Shown here: piece after piece, positions 32,978-43,900 of the stretch
How positions within the stretch are numbered: the stretch's first letter is position 1
How the letters are laid out: each line of letters begins with the position of its first letter
Assembly: GCA_043806315.1 (NCBI GenBank)
Contig: JAZDHF010000266.1
Location: 7,560 to 71,559 of the forward strand
Origin: Planctomycetota bacterium
GTDB lineage: Bacteria > Planctomycetota > Phycisphaerae > UBA1845
DNA length: 64,000 nt
Direction of reading: 5' to 3'
Notes under the pieces: generated by a model
Told to the model about the DNA's origin: nothing
The model's input: the letters and a program-made list of their open reading frames with translations, nothing else
The model's database searches: none
Made by a program: the position numbers and the translations under genes

Positions 32978-34260
32978 GGCGTGATCTCGTAACCGTGAAG
33001 CGTGATGTCCGCAGTGAATCCGGTCCCAGAGGTATACTTCAGGATGTTGTCGGCGGCAGCCGAAATCCAGGGACGGATGAACGACTGGGTGATCTGATCC
33101 GCCACGGCCCACGTTCCCGCGAGAATCGTAGTTGCGGCTGTGTTGGTCCCATCGAAGAGAGTACAAGTCCCTGCGGTGATGACCTTCATGAATATGTCGG
33201 TGATGACGAATTTCTTGCCCGCCGCCGGGTCCCAAATCGTCACACCGGTTTGCGAGGCCACCAACGCCAGGAAGGTCGAAACACGTGTCTGGTCGCCGTA
33301 GGCCGGGGCGGTCAGGACGGGAGCCGTCTGCGTCCCGAGTTCCACTGCCGCCGCGCTACGAAGGGTGACCTCAAGAGGGTCTGCCGCAGTCGCCAATTCC
33401 GTTCCGGCGGCGTTGCGCAAGCAGACCTCGACCGGATCGGCGGCGGTTCCAAGTGCCGTCCCCGCCGCATTCCTGAGACAGACCTCGACTGGGTCCGTCG
33501 CCGTCCCGAGTTCCGTCCCGTCGTTCATTCGCAAATTGACATGGATCGCCCGTTTCGCCGTGATGCGAGCGATACTGGCCTGATCTTCGGTCGGGTCGCC
33601 AGCCAAGGTTTCGTTGTACACGCCGCCGATCACCTGGAGCTTCGTCGTGCCCTCGGTGAACCCGGTCTTGTCCTGCTGTCCCACTCCGATAGCCACAGAC
33701 TGAACCACATCCACCTTCATGGCCTTGACCGCAGCGACGGTCGAGATGCCCACTGTGTCGGTCCCATCGCTAACCTTGACCGGCCATCCGTTCGCCACTG
33801 CTGCCGGAGTGCCCTGGTTAGCCGTGACCATGCCGTCCACGGTAATGACGTTCCCGCCGTCGTCGATGGACAGATTCCCGCCACCGTCATCAACTGACAG
33901 CGTGGTGGAGTTGTCGGTCACCGGCAGGGCCGTGATCGGCGCCGCGCCATCGGACAGGCGCACGAAGACGGGTGTGGATACAGGCGCGTCTACCGTGAGT
34001 GAACCGGCGTTGTCGTCTACCCCCAAGGCCCCCCCGCCGTCGTCCACGGACAAGGTGGTGGAGTTGTCGCCAACCTGGACGACGCCACCGACCCGCGTCA
34101 CGTCCACATCCAAACCGTAAGTAGCGTCGGCTGGGATTAGGGTTCGGATTCCCTCCGCGCTGATCGCGAGTTTCACGACCTGAGCGTGCGAGGAATCGGC
34201 GACGATTTGATCCGTGCAGGCGGATGCGCCAGCGCCGGGCGTGAGACTCAAATTATCCAT
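32974..34260 (-). CDS. repeat-containing virion surface protein (428 aa)
   Basis: GGGGG SD 5 nt upstream of the ATG. DNSTTLSVDDGGG occurs twice, and there are four 19-aa tandem repeats. Confidence 0.75.
   Translation of the reverse strand: MDNLSLTPGAGASACTDQIVADSSHAQVVKLAISAEGIRTLIPADATYGLDVDVTRVGGVVQVGDNSTTLSVDDGGGALGVDDNAGSLTVDAPVSTPVFVRLSDGAAPITALPVTDNSTTLSVDDGGGNLSIDDGGNVITVDGMVTANQGTPAAVANGWPVKVSDGTDTVGISTVAAVKAMKVDVVQSVAIGVGQQDKTGFTEGTTKLQVIGGVYNETLAGDPTEDQASIARITAKRAIHVNLRMNDGTELGTATDPVEVCLRNAAGTALGTAADPVEVCLRNAAGTELATAADPLEVTLRSAAAVELGTQTAPVLTAPAYGDQTRVSTFLALVASQTGVTIWDPAAGKKFVITDIFMKVITAGTCTLFDGTNTAATTILAGTWAVADQITQSFIRPWISAAADNILKYTSGTGFTADITLHGYEITP
33307..33534 (-). repeat. 4 x 19-aa (57-bp) tandem coding repeat LR-x-x-x-G-T-x-L-x-T-A-x-D-P-x-E-V-C/T
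   Basis: aa 243-318 of the 428-aa protein, read from the translation: LRMNDGTELGTATDPVEVC / LRNAAGTALGTAADPVEVC / LRNAAGTELATAADPLEVT / LRSAAAVELGTQTAPVLTA. Confidence 0.75.
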
Positions 34261-34269
34261 AGTACCCCC

Positions 34270-34298
34270 TTGCCAAGTGTACCCACTTGGTGTATCAT
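34270..34298 (+). promoter_or_regulatory. sigma-70-like promoter TTGCCA-17-TATCAT on the plus strand, with a hairpin in the spacer
   Basis: The -35 is at 34270-34275 and the -10 at 34293-34298. A 7-bp inverted repeat CCAAGTG-tacc-CACTTGG (34273-34290) lies between them. Confidence 0.4.
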
Positions 34299-34327
34299 TA
34301 CTTCGTCTCTACATTCGTGGCAAGAAC

Positions 34328-34438
34328 ATGCCCGGCGATACAAGCGGCTATGGCACCTACTACCACGAATGGCAAACAACCCTTGCAAAGATCCGCGAAC
34401 TTGAAGAGCGGGTTAAGCATTTGTCACCGCCAAAGTAG
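34328..34438 (+). CDS. possible 36-aa antisense-oriented ORF
   Basis: MPGDTSGYGTYYHEWQTTLAKIRELEERVKHLSPPK sits downstream of the promoter above. The SD is weak. It overlaps the 3' end of minus gene 34413..35123 by 26 nt. Confidence 0.3.
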   Translation: MPGDTSGYGTYYHEWQTTLAKIRELEERVKHLSPPK

Positions 34439-35123
34439 TCGGTCTCCTTACGTCTTGTTTCAAAGCGCGGGAAAGGTCCGTCGTGATGGTTTCCGCGGGG
34501 ACTGTGTCGTACCGCAGATCGAGGCTTCGTGCCCGAACGTAACGAGCGGCCTTTCCCGCACACTCGATGAACCGTTGCATCAGGGGCAGCGCGCTTTCCA
34601 ACGCCTGCCCGCCTTCCTTCAACCTGAGAAACGGGATCGCCGCCTCGATCAGGTCAGGATGATATTGTTCGGGGATCTCTGGGATGTCTCCGTTCGCCGA
34701 CATTACGACTGGAGTCCTCGCGTAGATCACCGCCAACGAGGTTCCGGGGGCCGCCGGATGACGATAGACCGCGAGCGAGTCCAACCCCAAGTGGACGTAC
34801 CGTTCCACCGTGCCCTCCACCGTTTCCCAATAGCAATTCAACGCGGCCAGTTGAGCGACGGTGGCGGGTCGGATCTTGGAGGTTCCCAAGTTCACCCGCA
34901 ATGGAACCAACCAATCCGGGAACGTGTCGCGCATGTGATACCACGCCAGCGCCGCAGTCAAGGGCAGCGCCCCGGTCGTTTCGAGACATAGCGATAACAG
35001 GACGAACAACCGTTGCGAGCGATTCAAGGCCGCAGAAACTTCAGCCGAAGAATAGTAACCCGTTCCGTCGTCCGGTTCGTCCAGACGTTGCCACACTTCG
35101 GTTCTTAGCGCCGATAGAGTCAT
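34413..35123 (-). CDS. hypothetical virion protein (236 aa), adaptor/connector-like by position
   Basis: ORF with an ATGA overlap with the upstream gene. Confidence 0.7.
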   Translation of the reverse strand: MTLSALRTEVWQRLDEPDDGTGYYSSAEVSAALNRSQRLFVLLSLCLETTGALPLTAALAWYHMRDTFPDWLVPLRVNLGTSKIRPATVAQLAALNCYWETVEGTVERYVHLGLDSLAVYRHPAAPGTSLAVIYARTPVVMSANGDIPEIPEQYHPDLIEAAIPFLRLKEGGQALESALPLMQRFIECAGKAARYVRARSLDLRYDTVPAETITTDLSRALKQDVRRPTTLAVTNA

Positions 35124-36130
35124 GGCAATTGGAACGGGAACGATCTCGCCACTCCACGCAGTTCCCGATGGCGCGCGAATCTATCCGCCATCCGGATCTG
35201 AGCGGCGGGCATCTTGGCGCATTCCGCCGCCAGCATTTCATTCGCTCCGCGAAGGTAGGCAGCCTCGGCGCGGTCGGCTCCCGCGTAGTCCTTCTCTTTG
35301 AATAGAGCGTCCGCCGTCACGCCGGCGTAGAGAACGTCCGGGTTGACCCAAGACGGAATATAACCGTCCGTGTCGGCAACGTCGAACATCGCAGGGTCCT
35401 GAAGATACCAGTAAGGCAACGCCATGACCTCGATTGGAACCGGGTGAACCTCGACCTGTTGCTTCTTTGGACTGCTCCTATCGTCCATGTGCGGGGCGTA
35501 GCGCAGCGGGTTCCCGGTAGAGACTCTGTTCGGGTCGATGGCATCCAACTCCTCCATGCTGACTCGATCCAATGGGCGACTCCGTCCGGGGCATCGCATA
35601 CCCAGGAACTCGCGGCAGTCGGCGGGCAACGGAAAGATATTCCGCCAGATGGAGTAGGTCGCTAGAAGGTTGGTCGCGCCTTCGTAGTCCCGGTCCAGAA
35701 ACCCGGCCCCCGGAGCGGAGTAGATAAACTCGTAGTAGGCCGAGTCGTTGCCGATTCGGATGCTACACCCATCCATATCGGATGTCCAGACCGTCGCGGT
35801 CCCCTCGATGCCATCGCCGCCGAGAGTCGCAGCAACCGTTCCAGAGGTGTACTGCGCTACGGTCGATATGGCATCCTGGATCTTCGTCTGCTGCCACGGG
35901 ATGCGCCGGGCAATACGCCGTAGGCGTTCGTTGATGAAACTCTGAAGGATATCCGGGTCAAGTCCGGAGTGTCGTTTCTGGCACTGAAATTGGAATTCGC
36001 CGAAGGTCGGATTTTGAACGCTCACGATCTTTCCTCCTTCACTGATTCGCCAATCCCCCGCATCACAAAAGCGCCCATTATTGAACCACGGCTCCCCGGC
36101 GGCGGGCGGTTGAGGTTCATCCCCCGGCAA
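35120..36130 (-). CDS. hypothetical virion protein (336 aa)
   Basis: ORF in the structural operon. Confidence 0.7.
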   Translation of the reverse strand: MPGDEPQPPAAGEPWFNNGRFCDAGDWRISEGGKIVSVQNPTFGEFQFQCQKRHSGLDPDILQSFINERLRRIARRIPWQQTKIQDAISTVAQYTSGTVAATLGGDGIEGTATVWTSDMDGCSIRIGNDSAYYEFIYSAPGAGFLDRDYEGATNLLATYSIWRNIFPLPADCREFLGMRCPGRSRPLDRVSMEELDAIDPNRVSTGNPLRYAPHMDDRSSPKKQQVEVHPVPIEVMALPYWYLQDPAMFDVADTDGYIPSWVNPDVLYAGVTADALFKEKDYAGADRAEAAYLRGANEMLAAECAKMPAAQIRMADRFARHRELRGVARSFPFQLP

Positions 36131-36171
36131 CCGAATTTAATCGATTTGTGGTCAAACGCCGGCATGGTTCC

Positions 36172-39100
36172 TCATTCCACCTTCACCGTCATCGGCGCAC
36201 CCAACGAGACCCGCGCCAAACCTGCCGTGAGGTATTCGACGAAAACCGGATGATTCCCCTGCCGGGCGTCCATATTGACTTGACAGGGGGAACTCGAACA
36301 GGTCGTGATTGTTACTTTGCCTGAGGGCGCCGTTGAGGTGAACTTCGCCAGCGTCGCCCCGGCGGGCATGAAAAAGCCGAACTGCATCGCCCGCACGACT
36401 TCCGGCGCCACTCCACCCAACCTCACCGCGGGCCATTGGTGGGCCATTCCCATGCCAAAGAAAAAGCCGGTCCATTTATACGCGCCCAAGGAAACATCGG
36501 AGTTCTCATCGCGGACATAGTTGCTGTCCGAGTAGACGCCGCCGGTCGTGTAGGGCGGGTAGCCCCAGACCGAGCCGTAGGCGGTATCGCCCCAGCTCTG
36601 GACCGTGGGCGTGGGGACCGCCTCGTACTGCGCTCGCAACGCCGAGGACGCCTCCGCCGTCAGCACCCGGCCCGCGCGGATGGAAGCCGGATTCAAGCCG
36701 TAGTTGCATCCGACCTGCCGGAACTCGAATGCCGTCCCCGGCGGCGAGGTGACGTAGGGTTCGCATTGGTCGAACACCCGTCCGTAGTGCAGCCCCTGAG
36801 TCTCGGGATCGTATCCGGTCGAGTAGATCCACGCAGCGGCCAGTGGAAGCAACGCCGCGTAACCGGAGGAGATAGTTGGGTCGTCGTTCTGGCTGGCCCA
36901 GGTGAAGGCGTGCGTTTTCACCCCGAGCATGAACGGCTGCTGACCTCGGCCAGCGATGCCGTTAGCGCCGTAGACATAGATGTGAGACGTAGTGGAGTTC
37001 GCCCCGTCCCAAGCGCGTTGGAGCGTGATTTGAATGGCGCTATCCAATCTGCACACCCAGTTCTTCGCTAACTGCGCGCTGTCTTGGCTCTCTCCAATCG
37101 TCGCAACTCCCCCGAAACTGTCGATCATCCAGGTGATCGAGCCGGTGTCGCCAGGCCACAGTGCGGACAGGGTTAGCGGGCTGGATGTTCCGGTGTATTT
37201 GTAGAACCCCGTGTAAGGGGAACCGCTCCGCGTGCCGGTCACTGCGATCATGTTGCCGGAAGTGAAACCGCTGCCCGTGAGCGTTGCGGAAGCGCTAGTT
37301 GCGCTTCCCGTTCCGCTGGCGGTCACTTTGCATCCTGTATTCGTAGCGGTCAGTCCAGTTCCGGCGGCCGTCGCGCTGCCGTTTGTTAGTGTAAGATGTG
37401 GACTGGCGTTGTTCCATAAGGAGGTCGCCCACGAGTTGTCCGTCTGTTTGCAGTTCTGATCTCGCGTCAGGACGGCGGTTAGACTGGCCTTCCAGGCTGC
37501 GCGTTTGGTCGCGTCCGGGTCGAAGTTCGCTCCCAACGTGAGGGCCGCGGCGAGGTACCCGCTGTCCCTGGCGTCGTAATCGTAGCATCCGGCCGCGCCG
37601 ATCGCTCCACCCGCGACGTAGGGCCGCACATCCCCCCAGCCGATCGGGGCGGATGAGTTAAGCAGGACGTTCGCAATCGCGCCAAGGGCGCCCCCGCCGT
37701 AGTTCAGCGGAGACCCGCCTGGGTTGGATACCTCCGGGTTGCGAATCCAGTTGTCGTCCATCTCGTTGGCGGCGGTTAGGGCAGAAGTCAAGCCCGAACG
37801 GTAGTAAAGCGCCCGGTGCGCCAACCCTTCGCCATAGAAGTTCGGGCCGTATGAATTGCGGTACCCAAGGCCGTCCACGAAGGTGTAGGTCTTGCCGGAG
37901 AAGGTGTCGTTATCCAACCCGCCGCCGTATTCGATTCCCGGCTTCCCATACGCCGCCGTCTCGGATTCGCAGCCAGTCGCAAGCACCAGGGCCTTCGTTT
38001 CGCTGGCGTCCACGCGGGTGTAACCGAGACCCCAATAGCGGGTGCTGACTTGAACGATCTTATAGGTGAATGTTCCGGCGTCCGCATCGGCTGGATAGGC
38101 GCGGGCGAGCGTGATGCTGGTGGCACCGCCGACCGAGGAGACATAGGCCGCGAACACAAACGGCGTCCCTACGGCATGAGTCGCGGCGACGCGCAGCCAA
38201 ACCGAACTCCCCCCGGTGACTCCGTTTGCCGTGGTCCAGACCGTTCCCACGCCGGTAACCGCCGTCGAGCCGGGTGTCATCGTGACGGTTCCCGTGGAGT
38301 AGGGCACTCGCCCCGCGGGACCGTTTGCGCCCGCTGGACAGATCGGGACCGCGGCATCGGTCAGGAATGTCGTGGCGGTCCCAGTGACGCGATACTGACC
38401 TATGTATGTCGTCGTGGCGGTCCAAGCCTGCGCGTTCTGGCCGCGCCCGTCGTAACAAACGGTCAACGTGTTCCCGGAGGCGGAGCAGACGCGGACCTCC
38501 TCGGTGGTATAAGACTGCTGACAACCCGTACTGCCCGTTCCTAAACAGATACGCACCGGCGTCCCCGGAAGACCGGCAAGATCCAGTTTCGTCGCGTCGG
38601 CCACAACGATAGTCAAGTCCGTTGCGTTGATGGTTGTTGCCAGGGTGGTGTCGGCGGTTCCAATGCTGCCGACCCCGGCAAGAATGAAACTGACCGTCCC
38701 GGCGCCGTCGTGGATGAAACTCGGGTGGGCAATCGAGTACCCGTTTCCAGCCACGGTTTCGTAGACGGCTTTCCGTAAGGTGGTGGCCGCCAGCGCCCGC
38801 TCGTCCGCGTAGCCCCAAGGGTTCCGCCCATAGGCGATCATCGGACCGAAGATCGAGTCCACGTTCGGATCGGCGTTCACCACCACACCGTTGTCGTCGG
38901 TGGCAACCGCTCCGATGTGGGCGGTTCCGGTTCCCATCTGCCCCGCCGGGTCGGTGACTTGAAGTTGAATAAGGTAGTCCCCGAATACCAGGCCAGTCAG
39001 CGTCGGAGTGCCACTAGTGCGGCTGGACCATAATGGAACAGACGGGCCGCTAAGGCTCTGCCAGAAATAGATGACGCCCGCGCCCGCGTCGCTTTGGCTG

Positions 39101-39855
39101 TAACTCCCGGACCCGTCCAACTGGCCCGCGTGTCCCGCGCGAAGACTGACCGTATTCGTCCACGATGGGGCGCCGTAAGTTTTCAGTAGTGGGAACACGA
39201 GCGTCTGACCGGGCGTGGCCGGGTACGTTGCAGACCCTCCGCTCAGGGTAGCGGTGTACCCGTTCCCGCTGGAGTCGGTCAAGCCACCATCGAACTTCCA
39301 CTCCAGCAGATCGCCAGTATCGGCGGTGACTGGCGGGCGGGAGTTCGTATCGGCCAACGACGTAAACAGACGCGTATACGCCGTACTCATAGCTTCGCCC
39401 GCGCCTTGGACCCACGCTCCATTACCGTTCGAGCCGGAGTGTCCCGTGTACTGCTGGATCGTCCCGACGAACCTCGTTCCGTTCACGTCCCATGCTTCGC
39501 AGCGGGTCTGCAATGTGGCGTGGTCGATCTGAAAACGATACGAGAAGAACTTGCTAGGTAGCGCTGATAGATCGATCCCGCAAAAACTCCCGCCCGTCCC
39601 TCGTGTCCAATAAATCTGGTAATACAGCGCCCCGGCATTGTTCTTCGCCTGAATGTCGATTCCGCAGGCTGCAACATCCGCCGGATGCCCCGGAGTCCAA
39701 TTGTCGGTCCAGTCGTGAATGGACTGCTCCAACCGGCAGGGGGTCTCGACGGCCTGCGCCACGACGGAGGTGTTCTCGGCCTTGGCAGCGGTGACCCGAA
39801 GCGACTGGCCCGCGAACGCCGTGAAGGCAACCAAGAACAGAGTTAGGGGTCTCAT
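36172..39855 (-). CDS. large multi-domain receptor-binding/depolymerase-like protein with signal-peptide-like N-terminus (1227 aa)
   Basis: Start at ATG 39855 (ATGA overlap). N-terminus MRPLTLFLVAFTAFAG-QS. It contains a LamG-like segment (LLEWKFDGGLTDSSGNGYTA) and a PKD/Ig-like segment (VIYFWQSLSGP...LQVTDPAGQ). Confidence 0.75.
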   Translation of the reverse strand: MRPLTLFLVAFTAFAGQSLRVTAAKAENTSVVAQAVETPCRLEQSIHDWTDNWTPGHPADVAACGIDIQAKNNAGALYYQIYWTRGTGGSFCGIDLSALPSKFFSYRFQIDHATLQTRCEAWDVNGTRFVGTIQQYTGHSGSNGNGAWVQGAGEAMSTAYTRLFTSLADTNSRPPVTADTGDLLEWKFDGGLTDSSGNGYTATLSGGSATYPATPGQTLVFPLLKTYGAPSWTNTVSLRAGHAGQLDGSGSYSQSDAGAGVIYFWQSLSGPSVPLWSSRTSGTPTLTGLVFGDYLIQLQVTDPAGQMGTGTAHIGAVATDDNGVVVNADPNVDSIFGPMIAYGRNPWGYADERALAATTLRKAVYETVAGNGYSIAHPSFIHDGAGTVSFILAGVGSIGTADTTLATTINATDLTIVVADATKLDLAGLPGTPVRICLGTGSTGCQQSYTTEEVRVCSASGNTLTVCYDGRGQNAQAWTATTTYIGQYRVTGTATTFLTDAAVPICPAGANGPAGRVPYSTGTVTMTPGSTAVTGVGTVWTTANGVTGGSSVWLRVAATHAVGTPFVFAAYVSSVGGATSITLARAYPADADAGTFTYKIVQVSTRYWGLGYTRVDASETKALVLATGCESETAAYGKPGIEYGGGLDNDTFSGKTYTFVDGLGYRNSYGPNFYGEGLAHRALYYRSGLTSALTAANEMDDNWIRNPEVSNPGGSPLNYGGGALGAIANVLLNSSAPIGWGDVRPYVAGGAIGAAGCYDYDARDSGYLAAALTLGANFDPDATKRAAWKASLTAVLTRDQNCKQTDNSWATSLWNNASPHLTLTNGSATAAGTGLTATNTGCKVTASGTGSATSASATLTGSGFTSGNMIAVTGTRSGSPYTGFYKYTGTSSPLTLSALWPGDTGSITWMIDSFGGVATIGESQDSAQLAKNWVCRLDSAIQITLQRAWDGANSTTSHIYVYGANGIAGRGQQPFMLGVKTHAFTWASQNDDPTISSGYAALLPLAAAWIYSTGYDPETQGLHYGRVFDQCEPYVTSPPGTAFEFRQVGCNYGLNPASIRAGRVLTAEASSALRAQYEAVPTPTVQSWGDTAYGSVWGYPPYTTGGVYSDSNYVRDENSDVSLGAYKWTGFFFGMGMAHQWPAVRLGGVAPEVVRAMQFGFFMPAGATLAKFTSTAPSGKVTITTCSSSPCQVNMDARQGNHPVFVEYLTAGLARVSLGAPMTVKVE

Positions 39856-40946
39856 CGAATGCTTATCCCCCTGTGCCGCGTCGCCCCAGTGCCGGCGTAG
39901 GTTTCCCACGTTCCACCTCCGACCCAGAAGGTGCTCGGGTCGAATTGGTTGTTATACTCGGCTAGAATCCAGTCGGCGGAACGGACAATGGAGGAAAGGC
40001 ACACCTCGTCAAGAATGGAACCGCTTGCCATCGGATAAGCCGTATTACCCCGATTAAGGAGTTGCCCTGTAGCGCTGAAAGTTGAAAAGTGCGTAGTGCC
40101 AGTTGTTCCACTTGGCGCACCATTGATGTAAAACTGTGTAATTGTACCATCGCTGGTCAAGACGACGTAGTAATATCCGGTTACAGAGATGGAACCAGCG
40201 GCGCTCAAAGCTCGGTTGGTATAATTTCCGCCGAACAAGTGAGTTCCATTGTCCACCATTATCTCCATCGAATCACCATCGCTCGCGTAAATGGAGATAA
40301 TCCCCTGATAACTGGCTACATCGGCAAAATGTACCCAAGCCGACAGCGTTAGCACATTAGAACTAAATAAGTTAGCTGGTAATGTTATTTGTTGCGTTAC
40401 CCCACTAGACTGCGCCCCACCGTCAACTTTCCCCGCAACTGCCGAAGCATTAACTACTGTGCCATGCTTAGCATTCGAAGTTGAATCCAATGCGCTCAGT
40501 GTCGTCCCGTTCGGCAAGTGCCACACCCCTAGGTAGTTCGAGTTCCAGACGCCGGTTATGTTCTCCTGGCTGGTGGTGACGGAAGCGTTTCCCACGAAGA
40601 TATATGTCAAGGTATTAGCCAAGTGGGAAACCGAAGGTTCTCGAACCCAGACGCAGAACTCGCCCGTCGCATGGTCGTACCGCTCGATCTCGTGATCCAA
40701 CCTCGTGTTTCCAGGAGCGTCGCTGGTGAGAACGATGTCGTAGCCGTTCAGATCCGTCGCGTAGCCGCCATGAGAAGTGTGGGCCAGGGCCGCATCCGTT
40801 CGGCAATAGAGCGCCGGAAAGTTCGCGTGCGTCGAACTGCCCACCTTGGTGTAGTCGATAGCATCGGTGTAGCGATAAGTGTACCCGTTGCCCCAGGCTC
40901 CCCAGCAGGGAAGGGCCAGCAACGCAAGGATGAGGAGTTTCGTCAT
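39852..40946 (-). CDS. DUF2341 plus LamG-like fibre protein with signal-peptide-like N-terminus (364 aa)
   Basis: Start at ATG 40946 (ATGA overlap). N-terminus MTKLLILALLALPCWGAWG. DUF2341-like pattern NFPAL...GYDIVLTSD...LDHEIERYD...GEFCVWVREP...TYIFVGN, then a LamG-like HLPNG...SAWVHF. The DNA is markedly AT-richer. Confidence 0.75.
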   Translation of the reverse strand: MTKLLILALLALPCWGAWGNGYTYRYTDAIDYTKVGSSTHANFPALYCRTDAALAHTSHGGYATDLNGYDIVLTSDAPGNTRLDHEIERYDHATGEFCVWVREPSVSHLANTLTYIFVGNASVTTSQENITGVWNSNYLGVWHLPNGTTLSALDSTSNAKHGTVVNASAVAGKVDGGAQSSGVTQQITLPANLFSSNVLTLSAWVHFADVASYQGIISIYASDGDSMEIMVDNGTHLFGGNYTNRALSAAGSISVTGYYYVVLTSDGTITQFYINGAPSGTTGTTHFSTFSATGQLLNRGNTAYPMASGSILDEVCLSSIVRSADWILAEYNNQFDPSTFWVGGGTWETYAGTGATRHRGISIR

Positions 40947-43900
40947 GGCAGTTGGAAGATCAGCGTCACGATCAGTCCCTTGGTCCCCGTCCCGGCCACG
41001 TCCACGTCCACGCGGATAATCTGATCCGTCGCCACATCGTCCTTGGTCGCATCGATCACCGCCGCCGCCGCCGCGCTGGTCGTCGAGTTCTCGTTGATGT
41101 CGATGGTCATTCGAGTCGAAAGCATGTCGTCGCCCACGCCCGAGCAGGCGTTTCCAGTGGCGGCGTAGGCGCAACGAGTGATCTGGACGGTTGGCACGCC
41201 CGACGTGCTGGCGGTGATGACTTGCGCCTTCACGCCCACCAGGTTCATCCCGTTCAGTCCCGGTGGAACTACGGAGTATATCTTCCCGTCGCCGGTGGCA
41301 ACATCGTCGATTGGGCCAAACACTTCCAGTTGAACCGTCCTGGTGCCGAAGATCGTGGAACCAGCGAGGCCGTCCGGCGTCACTGCGAGCGCAGCGGAAC
41401 TCCCCGCCGTCGTCTGAGCGGCGTTGGCAAACAGGGGCGTGCTCACCAGTTCCTTGAAGGCTCCCGCTGCCGTGTCCAGTGCGGCATCGTAAGAAATCGC
41501 GTAGTCCAGACCCGCCAAACAGGCCATGCTGGTCGCGCCATCGGCACCGAATAGTTTCTTCGCCCCGAGCGTGTCGATGTTCAGGGTCGCCGGAGTCCCG
41601 GTGCAGTTTACGTCGGGCCGGAACTTCAGGGCCATGCCGTTTGTGTAGGCCGTCAGGACGGGCAGCAACGTCGCAGTGAAGACCGTTCCACTGGCGCTGG
41701 CTGGGATCGCCACCGTGTCCGTTCCCGCCTGCCCTTGCGCCCGCGAAAGCATCGTGGCGGTATCGGCGCTCACGGTGGGGTTGCCCGCTTGGAGGTCGCC
41801 ATTGACCACGAGTATCCCGGCGCCGGCTTCGAGCGTCCGGCTGACAGTCGTATTGACGGCGACGCGACCTACCATCCCGTTTGAGCCAGGGTCGCCAAGC
41901 CCACCGCCGCCCCCAGATCCACCGCCTCCGCCGGGATACCAGTACGTCCCGTCGAAGACAAGGGAGAGCATTTGGTTCTGAGCAACCGTCTGAGTCTTGG
42001 CGATACGTCCGGCGCCGGACCCGCCCGTGGCCACGCCACCTGGCGCGGCGTTGGTGAACACCAGCGCGATCTCCCGCCCGATCCACCCTCCCGTGATCTT
42101 GGTTACGGTGGTCGTTCCGGTGACTTCGAACGTCGGGTTCATCGGCGCGGCGATGGTGGCTCCCGAGGCGACGGTGCCGATCACGTCGTCGATGCCCTGA
42201 TTCTCGCTGAGAACAACCCGAGTCAATGCCCCGCCAACAACCAAAGGAGCCGTGTCGTTATTGTACAGGGAGTTTCCAGAGATCATTCCATCTGTAAGCG
42301 CACCAGCAATGACAATTCCATACTTCTGGTGGCCGGTACCTGTTGTGTTATAAATCGGACAGTTTGTGACTTGCACTCGCGTAGCGCCGTCTACGATCTG
42401 GACGGCCCCTATCGCCGCAGTGTTGCTAAGGTTGTTGTCAGTAATCGAGACGCCATTGATTCTGATATATCCAGTGCCCGCATTCTGACCGATCCAAAGA
42501 CCGTTGATGCTGCCTCCGGCTATCCATCCCCCTGTGAATTCAATGTCGCCGGCGTTGATCGTGGGTCCGTAAGCGATTGCCACTACGGGGCCAACCGCCG
42601 GGAAAGTAAGTCCCTGAGAGTGGAAATGGCAGTCGTTGAACCGTATCCCGCCAAACGCCCCGGTTCCTGCAATCGTAAGGACGTAACTGCGTGCGCCGTC
42701 CACTTGGCAACCAACGAACTGAAGGTTTACCGTATAATCTGGCGTAACCGAAGTAACTGCAATCCCCGTATCTCCGGCGAACCCAGAATTGGTGACCCAG
42801 ACTCCATCTGCATTGTTGATGATGATTCCGTATTGTAGGACGTTTGCATTCGTAAGCGGATAACCAAACGATAGACTTCGATTAATGTAAGTATTCACAG
42901 CCATTCCAGTAATTTGAATACCGGAGATTGCCTTGTAGGTCATATCCCCGTTCATATACAGGAAATCGTCGATGTTGGAGAAACTGGTGCCGTTCAGGAA
43001 AAGCCCATACCTGCCATTGAAAATCTGCACGTTGGACACCCTGGCCGTCGTGCCCGTATTGTAAAAGATCCCCGCTCCGCTCGTCGGGATGTTGTTTCCT
43101 CCGTGGATCGACAGATCCCGAAACCAAACCTCCTTACCCGCGCCCGAAATGAAGAACATATCGCCGGTAGTAAAGTCGGATGCTCGTTGGACCATCCACC
43201 CGCCAGGACCGTGACCCTCGATAGTAATGTTCTTGGAAATGGTAACTGGAGCGTGAAAGTAAATAGGACCAGTGGCTTCCCAGTCCGGTATGGCAATCCG
43301 AATTACCGCTGGCTCTCCTGACGCCTGCACCGCCTCCTGAATCCCTCCCGTCGCGCTGGCGATGTTGAATGCTCCGCTGTGGTTATAGACTGGAATGAAT
43401 GTGATTGTCCCTGTTGGGTCCCCGGCGTGACCCGCGCCCCCCGTGATGAGAACCGCCTCCGCCGTGCCGGTCCCCCCGGAGATGTAGAGGTAGTGCGCCG
43501 CATCGTCGTGGTTCACGCCCAACGGCATTGGCGTGAGCGTCACCGTATTCGGCGCTCCGCCGTTCAGGGTCCCGCCCGGAGTCTGCGCGGCGAAGTTATA
43601 ACGCGAAACCGAAGTAGCCAGGGTGGTCGCCATCCCAGTGCTCACCACGTCGCCGGTCAGATTCCCCGTGATGCTGGCGGCACTGCCGCTTGCGTTTCCC
43701 GAGAGAGTCGCGGTAAGCGTGCCCGGAACGGTCAGGTTTTGAATCGTGGCGGTTTGGGTTCCCAGGACATAACTCAGGCCGGAGTCTCCGCCGAAGGCCC
43801 CGACTTTATTGAACTGGACGTTGCCGTTCGCTCCGCCCGGAGCGGTAGCCGATCCTCCGCTCAACAGCGTCCAGGTGTCTAGCGACGTGCAACCGAACCA

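Noticed and set aside
39852-42086. 744-aa minus-strand ORF spanning the DUF2341/LamG gene and running into the tailspike gene.
   Set aside because: Its first 380 aa are Arg/Gly-rich nonsense read out of frame over the tailspike 3' half. The real gene starts at ATG 40946 (MTKLLILALL...), with an ATGA overlap onto the tailspike stop.
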